From the IMG/VR virus record IMGVR_UViG_3300035703_000079, positions 4,011-68,010 of that record: a stretch of DNA of 64,000 nt. One strand, given 5' to 3'. This document shows, in pieces, positions 57,754-64,000 of this stretch (position 1 is its first letter; each line of letters begins with the position of its first letter). The position numbers and the translations under genes are program-made. This DNA is from a virus. The notes beneath the pieces are model-generated. The model saw only the letters and a program-made list of their open reading frames with translations. It searched no databases and was not told the origin of the DNA.

Positions 57754-57934
57754 GGAATAGTTGGAGTTTTTTGGTTTATTCGGAATTGTGCCACACCTTT
57801 GCCTGCCCGGTTTTTTTGTATTCATCGCAAGAGCCCTTGGATATTTCCGAGGGTTTTTGCGTTTTAGTCGCCCCATTCTGTCATTCCGTCGAAAGAAATA
57901 GCCGGAACGAGGGGCCGCCGGGATATTTGGGGGA

Positions 57935-58123
57935 ATGACAAAACAGCAATACACATTAGGGGGAGTGTCGTTAGAGCTCCCTATGAGCCATCAGGAGGCC
58001 AAAAAGTTCGTTCTGGGGCTATGTCCCTCCGCCCGGATTGACGTGCTTACAGCGGTGCTTTCTGGGGGAATTACGGAGCAAACGCAGGATATTCCCAATT
58101 ACAACACAGAAGGAGCGGAATGA
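57935..58123 (+). CDS. Small hypothetical protein
   Basis: ATG at the box+47 position. Confidence 0.55.
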   Translation: MTKQQYTLGGVSLELPMSHQEAKKFVLGLCPSARIDVLTAVLSGGITEQTQDIPNYNTEGAE

Positions 58124-58320
58124 CATTCGACTGGAACACAGCTCACGAGTGGTGGGAGCGCCACAGGGGCATTGACACATTCCGGGCGTCCCCGCAAGTG
58201 CGGGAGGCCATGGATAAGGCCCGGAGTGCCATGCTAACGAAGGAATTGTCGGAAGTGAAAACGCTTCAGGAAGCGTTTAGCCAGGTTTGGGAGGAATACC
58301 AGAAAGGAATCAAAAAGTAG
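58120..58320 (+). CDS. Small hypothetical protein
   Basis: ATGA-coupled ORF. Confidence 0.55.
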   Translation: MTFDWNTAHEWWERHRGIDTFRASPQVREAMDKARSAMLTKELSEVKTLQEAFSQVWEEYQKGIKK

Positions 58321-58429
58321 ATAGTGTTTCATTGTCAAAAAGGGAAAGGGTCGGGTGCTTCATCCGGCCTTTTATTCATTCTGTCGAGAAACACGCCCGG
58401 TGTAACGCCCGGGAAACTAAGTTTGCCCC

Positions 58430-58585
58430 ATGGAAAAACGTTTGCCCCTTTCGATAAAACAAGAAATCCGGCTGGAAGCGGAGCTGCTCTCCCGGGAACT
58501 CGGGAAAGGGGCCGAGCGTAACATCCGGCAACTCGTCCGAAACAGAATTGAGGCCTTCTGGGCCTCGAAAGGACGGAGAGGGTAG
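58430..58585 (+). CDS. 51-aa protein absent from the ORF track (MEKRLPLSIKQEIRLEAELL...)
   Basis: GTCGAGAAA box, TAAGTTTG and ATG; terminator at 58633-58657. Confidence 0.55.
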   Translation: MEKRLPLSIKQEIRLEAELLSRELGKGAERNIRQLVRNRIEAFWASKGRRG

Positions 58586-58677
58586 GGAGAAGTCTTGTAA
58601 GTAGTTTTTCATTTGTTCCATAGTGTCGAAAGAACCCGGTGTTTCGCCGGGTTTTTTCATGTAATCCCAAAAATAAA

Positions 58678-58918
58678 TTTGACAGGTTGTAAAAGTGTTA
58701 TACCTTTGCACTCATGGAACAGAGACCAGCGCAAGAATTTATGACCCCAGCACGGAAGGTGCTGACAATCATTGATTATGCCCGGGAAAACAAGATTACC
58801 CGGCAGACGGTGTACAACTACATTAAGCAAGGGAAACTCAAGACAATCAAATTGGGTAACCAGCAATTCATCCAAGTCGGGTGATTTTTTTTCTCCAAAC
58901 GTTTGACAAAGTGTAAAA
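58678..58918. promoter_or_regulatory. Two operator-like TTTGACA-N3-TGTAAAA sites (58678-58694, 58902-58918) and a TACCTTTG promoter (58701-58708)
   Basis: Near-palindromic 17-mers flanking a small HTH gene. Confidence 0.65.
58714..58884 (+). CDS. 56-aa excisionase/AlpA-like HTH protein absent from the ORF track
   Basis: LTIIDYARENKITRQTVYNYIKQGKL. Confidence 0.75.
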   Translation: MEQRPAQEFMTPARKVLTIIDYARENKITRQTVYNYIKQGKLKTIKLGNQQFIQVG

Positions 58919-59560
58919 ATGGCATTGCAACAGAAGTATCAAGATTTGGTGTTGGAAGCAAAAAAACAGCATTACGCAGTTTTGCGGGGGATTTACGAAA
59001 AAGCCTTTTCGGATGTTGATATTAAGATTGGCGATTACGTAAGAACCGATAAAATAGGTTGTGGCAAGTTTTTGTGGAACGTTGTGAATATAAGGTTGTT
59101 AGACTATGCGAAAGACGACTTTAACACGATAGACATGGATATTGTGGTTGACATTAAGAGAGTTAACAAGTTTGGCATTCTTAGTCCTTACGTTAAGACG
59201 GTTTTGGTTTCAGACGTAAAAAAAGACAGTGCTGCGGGGTTAGAACCAAAATGCCATTCTAAGGACAAAACGTTTGTGTATGTGATGTTTGACGCAAATA
59301 CTTGTTTATTTAAGATAGGGAGGAGTAAAACCCCGGTTTTTAGAGAAAGAACGCTCCAGTCTGAAAAGCCTTCAATTTCTTTAGTGTTTTATTTTGAGGG
59401 GTTAAAGGAAACGGAACGAGCGCTTCATAAAAAGTACAAGAAAAAGCAAATAAGAGGGGAGTGGTTTGCCCTGACAAATCAAGACATAAAAGACCTTCGA
59501 AGTGAGTTCAAAGGCGATGGATTGGTAGAAGTGTTAGACCAAAACCAAGCGAAGAAATGA
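58919..59560 (+). CDS. T5orf172/GIY-YIG-like domain protein
   Basis: FVYVM...FKIGRS, ERALHKKY and RGEWFAL motifs. Confidence 0.8.
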   Translation: MALQQKYQDLVLEAKKQHYAVLRGIYEKAFSDVDIKIGDYVRTDKIGCGKFLWNVVNIRLLDYAKDDFNTIDMDIVVDIKRVNKFGILSPYVKTVLVSDVKKDSAAGLEPKCHSKDKTFVYVMFDANTCLFKIGRSKTPVFRERTLQSEKPSISLVFYFEGLKETERALHKKYKKKQIRGEWFALTNQDIKDLRSEFKGDGLVEVLDQNQAKK

Positions 59561-60588
59561 AGCGGAAATCTTTCATCCTACACATGGACAGCTTGGACGT
59601 TTTGAGTGAGTTGAGCCACGAACAAGTCGGACAATTGTTTATTGCAATGCGTGATTACAACAATGACGAAGAGGTGAAACTCGAAGGTTTGCTCAAGGCG
59701 GTATTTATCCCTTTCAAAAATCAATTTGACAGGGATGCGGAAAAGTATGAAGCTATCGTATTGAGAAACAGGGAGAACGGGAAAAACGGAGGCAAACCCA
59801 AGAAAACCCAAACAAACCCAGTGGGTATTTTGGGAACCCAGCCGAACCCAGACAAACCCGATAATGATAGTGATAGTAAGAGTGATAGTAAGAGTGATAG
59901 TGATAATGAAAGTGATAGTGGTATTACCCCCTTACCCCCAGAGGGGGAATTGAGCGCTACACCGCCGGAGGAGGAGAAACCTACCCCTAAGCGAAAGCAG
60001 CGTTCACAATACACCATGGACGACTTGTCGCCTGAGTTTGTTGAAAAGTTCGAAGCGTTCCGCAAGTCTTACCCCGGTGAAAAACGAGGGCTGAAAATTG
60101 AAATCCTGAACTTGGTCAAAAAGCACGCGGACTTCGAGGAAGTTATGGACATTCTCCCGGGGTGCATGGAAAACATGAGGAAAGTCCGGGAGCAACAAGC
60201 AGCCGTTTCGAAAGACAAGAAACTCTACATCCCAAGTCTTGCCGTTTGGATAAACCAGAGGGCTTGGGAGAAATGGATTCCCGAGAATCTCCCGCCTAAA
60301 GAAAACCTGTTTGCCGCGGACCTCTCGATTATGCCTACAAGTGAAGCGAACATCGAAAGGGGGAAACAGCAACTCCGGTATTTCTGGATGAAAAAGGACC
60401 AATACTGGGGATGCACGAAAGAGGAACTGATTTGGGTCTATGACTTCCTCTACTACCACTCCATGTTGATGCTGGGGTTCCCAAAAGAATACGCCCCGGT
60501 TTCCAAGGGACTTCCCGGAACACCCGGAAGGCCAAACACGCAAGAAATGGTTATGTCCCTTCTCAAAGTAAACTATGACAATGATTGA
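59557..60588 (+). CDS. Replication initiator / replisome organiser (DUF6291-like)
   Basis: KSFILH...LSHEQVGQLF, NRENGKNGG and DNDSDSKSDS linker; FEAFRKSYP C-terminal domain. Confidence 0.75.
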   Translation: MKRKSFILHMDSLDVLSELSHEQVGQLFIAMRDYNNDEEVKLEGLLKAVFIPFKNQFDRDAEKYEAIVLRNRENGKNGGKPKKTQTNPVGILGTQPNPDKPDNDSDSKSDSKSDSDNESDSGITPLPPEGELSATPPEEEKPTPKRKQRSQYTMDDLSPEFVEKFEAFRKSYPGEKRGLKIEILNLVKKHADFEEVMDILPGCMENMRKVREQQAAVSKDKKLYIPSLAVWINQRAWEKWIPENLPPKENLFAADLSIMPTSEANIERGKQQLRYFWMKKDQYWGCTKEELIWVYDFLYYHSMLMLGFPKEYAPVSKGLPGTPGRPNTQEMVMSLLKVNYDND

Positions 60589-62596
60589 TATTTCCTCTCT
60601 AAACTCTCTTGATTCCTTTCAGTTTGTCCCGGTGGGGGAAAACAAAGCCCCGACAATAAACGGGTGGCAAAACACAAAGGCGAAACATTCATTTGCCGGA
60701 GCGTATGGCGTAGGGCTTGTATGCGGAAAGATTTCCGGCAATGTCGAAGTGATAGACATTGATTTGGCCCACGACAAAACGGGGCAGATTTACAACGACT
60801 ACAAAAAACTCATTCAGGAAATGGACCCGGCGCTTCTTCGCAAGCTGGTGGTTCAGAAAAGTAAATCCGGGGGCTATCATTTCTTCTACCGTTGTTCGGT
60901 GATTCAGGGGAATCGCAAACTGGCAAACGAAGCGAAGGACGAAAAAGGGCTTGCCCCGTCGCTGATTGAAACCCGCGGCGAAGGAGGGCAAGTGGTAATT
61001 GCTCCAACCCCCGGGTATGAGTTCGTGTATAAATCCCTTGCCGAAATCCAGGAAATCACCCCGGACGAACGCGAGATATTGTTTTCCTGCGCGATTGCCC
61101 TCAACCGTCAGGTGGAAATCGTTGCTCCAACGAAGAAAGTTCAAAAGGAAGTGGCGCAAGAGGGCGAGAAACCATGGGAGGACTTTGACAAACGCGGGGA
61201 TTGGCAGGGGTTGTTGGAAGCACACGGATGGAAATACGTTTGCACCCGCGGGTCGAAGATTCATTTCCTGCGTCCCGGGGAAACCAGCGCAAAGTGGAGC
61301 GGAGATTTCCATACAGAGAAAAACTTCTTTAGCGTTTTCACCACGTCAACGCAGTTTGTCCCTCAAAGGGGGTATAGCCCTTCGGCTATTTATGCGATGC
61401 TGGAATGTGGAGGGGATTTCGCGGAAGCCGGGAGAAAGTTGCTGAAGATGGGGTTTGGGAAGTTACCGGAGAAACAGCCAGAAACTCCAAAGCAGCCCTT
61501 GATTCAGGTGGTGGAACGTCCAAAAATTGCTTTGCTACCCGAGGAGGAGATTGCCGCGGATTGGAACGAAGTGGAGAACTACCTGAACCAAGTTCGGACC
61601 AACACGCTCAAGATGGGAATGAACACAGGGCTAAAATCCCTTGACCGCTATTGGGTGCTGAAAGAAAGCCATTTTGTGATTGTGAATGGGTTTGACAACG
61701 TAGGGAAAAGTACGTTCATGTGGTACATTGCCATGGTGTCGGCTATTTTCCACGGGTGGCGCTGGGTGATTTTAACAATGGAGAATAACACGGGTCCGGT
61801 GGTTCAAAAACTTTGCGAGTTCTATTGGTCGCGCCCGTACCAAACCATGTCCGACCAACAAGTTGAGCAAGCCAAAAAGTTTATCCGGGAAAATTTCTTT
61901 TTCCTCAAAATTGAGTTTGGCTGGAAGTACATGGAAGTGTTGGAGGCTTTCAATCGGCTCAAAACGAAATACGGGTATAACGCCGGGCTGATTGACCCCT
62001 ATCGGAGCCTTGTCACGGACCCGGATTCCAAAAACGAATATGCTTACCACTCCCGCGCCGGGAATGACTTTAAGCGTTTCTCTCAGTCCGAAAAGATGGG
62101 CATATACGTCAACATTCACGCCACCAGCGGCGCGGCCCGGACGTACAACAAGGAAACCAATAGCCAAAGACCTCCGAGCAAAGCAGACGTTGAGTACGGC
62201 GGCGCTTGGACGGGTCCGGTGGACGACTTCCTAACGGTTCACCGAAACCTTGGTCATACCGAGTTGAAAAACGTCACGAACGTTTACACCCGGAAAATCA
62301 AGAACCGGGAAACCGGAGGGGATTGGACTTCGGACGAAAGCCCGGTGAACATCCGGATGCCGCACGGAGTAACATACGTTGACGACGACGGCTGGAACCC
62401 GATTGAGCAATGGCATTTGAACGGCTATCACCCGGGAAGTTTCCAAAGGGAGAAATTCGAACCGCCCCGCCTCACCGGGTTAAGCCCTATTAGCAGAACG
62501 ATGGAAAGGGCGTTGAAGGACTTTGACCCCAACTACACCATCGAGCCAAAAGCAATTGAAAACGATTTAACAAACCCTGACGACCCTCCATTCTAA
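60575..62596 (+). CDS. Primase-polymerase (Prim-Pol) fused to a DnaB-like helicase
   Basis: VIDID, KSGGYH and ETRGEGGQVVIAPTPGY; Walker A GFDNVGKST; LIDPY. Confidence 0.85.
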   Translation: MTMIDISSLNSLDSFQFVPVGENKAPTINGWQNTKAKHSFAGAYGVGLVCGKISGNVEVIDIDLAHDKTGQIYNDYKKLIQEMDPALLRKLVVQKSKSGGYHFFYRCSVIQGNRKLANEAKDEKGLAPSLIETRGEGGQVVIAPTPGYEFVYKSLAEIQEITPDEREILFSCAIALNRQVEIVAPTKKVQKEVAQEGEKPWEDFDKRGDWQGLLEAHGWKYVCTRGSKIHFLRPGETSAKWSGDFHTEKNFFSVFTTSTQFVPQRGYSPSAIYAMLECGGDFAEAGRKLLKMGFGKLPEKQPETPKQPLIQVVERPKIALLPEEEIAADWNEVENYLNQVRTNTLKMGMNTGLKSLDRYWVLKESHFVIVNGFDNVGKSTFMWYIAMVSAIFHGWRWVILTMENNTGPVVQKLCEFYWSRPYQTMSDQQVEQAKKFIRENFFFLKIEFGWKYMEVLEAFNRLKTKYGYNAGLIDPYRSLVTDPDSKNEYAYHSRAGNDFKRFSQSEKMGIYVNIHATSGAARTYNKETNSQRPPSKADVEYGGAWTGPVDDFLTVHRNLGHTELKNVTNVYTRKIKNRETGGDWTSDESPVNIRMPHGVTYVDDDGWNPIEQWHLNGYHPGSFQREKFEPPRLTGLSPISRTMERALKDFDPNYTIEPKAIENDLTNPDDPPF

Positions 62597-62601
62597 CAAC
62601 C

Positions 62602-63282
62602 ATGCAATCAATTCCAACAAAATACGCCGGAGTGCAATTCCGGTCAAAACTCGAAGCAATCTGGGCAAGATTTTTTGACATGAATTATCTCCCATGGAAT
62701 TATGAAATCGCTAGGTTTGAACTTGGGAAAACGCCCGATGACAAAAAAGGCTACATTCCGGACTTTTACCTCCCTACGCTGGGAGTATGGCTGGAAGTAA
62801 AGCCCTCTTCGTTTGAATTTGATTCAAGGCATTTTCAATTCGGGTATGTGATGACCAGTTCATTTGTTGTCGCAAAAGGCGAACCCTTGGATTGCACCAC
62901 GTACACCTTCGAGGAAAACGGGGTTTACATGGATTCTAAAACCAAGAATATTCGGTTTGTTGATTCCATTTTGGCCACCTACGCATTAGGAGAAATCCCG
63001 AGAAACATTCCAATCCACGTAATACGGCAAGCGTTCAAAAAGCACTCCTATGGGTTTGATTTTAACGATACAAGCCCTGAGGCAGATTGGCGGGAAGGCG
63101 GGGCAAAGGGCGTTACTCAAAACGAAGTTGTGGAATCCATTTTGGAAATCTGGTTCAAAGAGCGATTTGGTCGATTCCCGCGCTATGCCGAAAAACATTT
63201 GGATAGTTGCGACAGATGTGGGTATTGCGAAATTGGAGAGGAAGGGATTTGTAGTGTTTGCGGTTGTCAAAATGACTTTTAA
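62602..63282 (+). CDS. PD-(D/E)XK nuclease-like protein
   Basis: FRSKLEAIWA, YIPDFYLP and WLEVKP motifs. Confidence 0.7.
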   Translation: MQSIPTKYAGVQFRSKLEAIWARFFDMNYLPWNYEIARFELGKTPDDKKGYIPDFYLPTLGVWLEVKPSSFEFDSRHFQFGYVMTSSFVVAKGEPLDCTTYTFEENGVYMDSKTKNIRFVDSILATYALGEIPRNIPIHVIRQAFKKHSYGFDFNDTSPEADWREGGAKGVTQNEVVESILEIWFKERFGRFPRYAEKHLDSCDRCGYCEIGEEGICSVCGCQNDF

Positions 63283-63348
63283 CCCCCATCCCATTCATTT
63301 CGTCGAAGAAATTTCACCCTTCGGGAAGTGTCGGGATACTTTTGCCGT

Positions 63349-63624
63349 ATGAAAATGCCGATAGGAAATTGCGTTCACGCTCCAACGCTGGCGGACGCCC
63401 GGAAGATTTGCCACATGGCCAACCTGAGTGATTTGATGTTCAACAACGGGGACATCCCGGGGATATTGACGCATTGGGAGATGTTCGAGAAAGACACCTG
63501 CTACAACGTTTTTGACGGGCGCTTGGTGTTCCAGAGTTTGTCTTGGTACAAACGCAATGGAGTGACGCCAATAACCCCGGAGGAGTTTTACGCTTACAAC
63601 AAGGATTTGTCGCAGAAGGCGTAA
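63349..63624 (+). CDS. Small hypothetical protein
   Basis: GTCGAAGAA box, TACTTTTG and ATG. Confidence 0.6.
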   Translation: MKMPIGNCVHAPTLADARKICHMANLSDLMFNNGDIPGILTHWEMFEKDTCYNVFDGRLVFQSLSWYKRNGVTPITPEEFYAYNKDLSQKA

Positions 63625-64000
63625 TGGCACTCGAGGGAGATTTGCTCAAATGGGACATTTTGCATTGCGCCGCATGGGTGGTGACGTGCAATCCATTTCC
63701 GGAGGACCGCTTGGACCCGGAGTATATGTCCGACCGGGAGCTCATTCTGGCAAACACGGCAAATTCTCCCCATTCTGTCAACTGGATAGAAGCAGGGGAG
63801 CGATTCGGGCGTACAAGGCCCTTCCGGCGGGCCGTGAGCGTCGCAAAAGAATTTTATGAGGAATATATCCAAAACGACCCTGCGGCCCGTAAAAGCGTTT
63901 TATGGGAGCCATACGCCGGATGGGTGCAAACAAGGGCCGGAATAGCGGAACGAATGAAACACGAAGCGATGTGGCGGGAGGTGTTTCAGAAGGAGAACCA
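63624..64000 (+). CDS. Hypothetical protein (3' truncated)
   Basis: TAATG-coupled; frame open to the end of the window. Confidence 0.55.
   Translation, partial: MALEGDLLKWDILHCAAWVVTCNPFPEDRLDPEYMSDRELILANTANSPHSVNWIEAGERFGRTRPFRRAVSVAKEFYEEYIQNDPAARKSVLWEPYAGWVQTRAGIAERMKHEAMWREVFQKEN

Noticed and set aside
48291-58633. GTCGA boxes at 48297 (-) and 58625 (+)
   Set aside because: Neither has a TTTG box at the 34-35 nt spacing, so they were left out of the promoter class.

Overview
The window is most of the genome of a tailed dsDNA phage infecting Bacteroidota (TAnnTTTG promoter boxes throughout). From about 1 to 38.6 kb it carries a crAss-like, podovirus-type morphogenesis module: 5'-truncated terminase, an inverted three-gene glycosyl/methyltransferase cassette, neck/ring proteins, two giant putative ejection proteins, tail nozzle, portal, scaffold, major capsid, tail fibre and lysis genes. 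From 38.6 to 55.9 kb there is a long minus-strand early/middle region, then a repetitive non-coding divergence point (about 56-57.2 kb) and a plus-strand replication module (RepL-like, HTH, T5orf172, DUF6291-type initiator, primase-helicase, nuclease). No DNA polymerase, RNA polymerase or integrase is recognisable. The most unusual signals are: (1) an AT-rich array of integron-attC-like repeats whose cassette genes run antisense and start inside the repeats; (2) in-frame modules bounded by exact direct repeats inside a 1446-aa virion protein; (3) a phage-specific RTCGRRRA box about 47 nt upstream of apparently leaderless genes; (4) a non-canonical tRNA-like RNA in a structured ncRNA cluster; (5) a family of structured leaders in the early region. 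Protein calls come from motif recognition and synteny only; no database searches were run.
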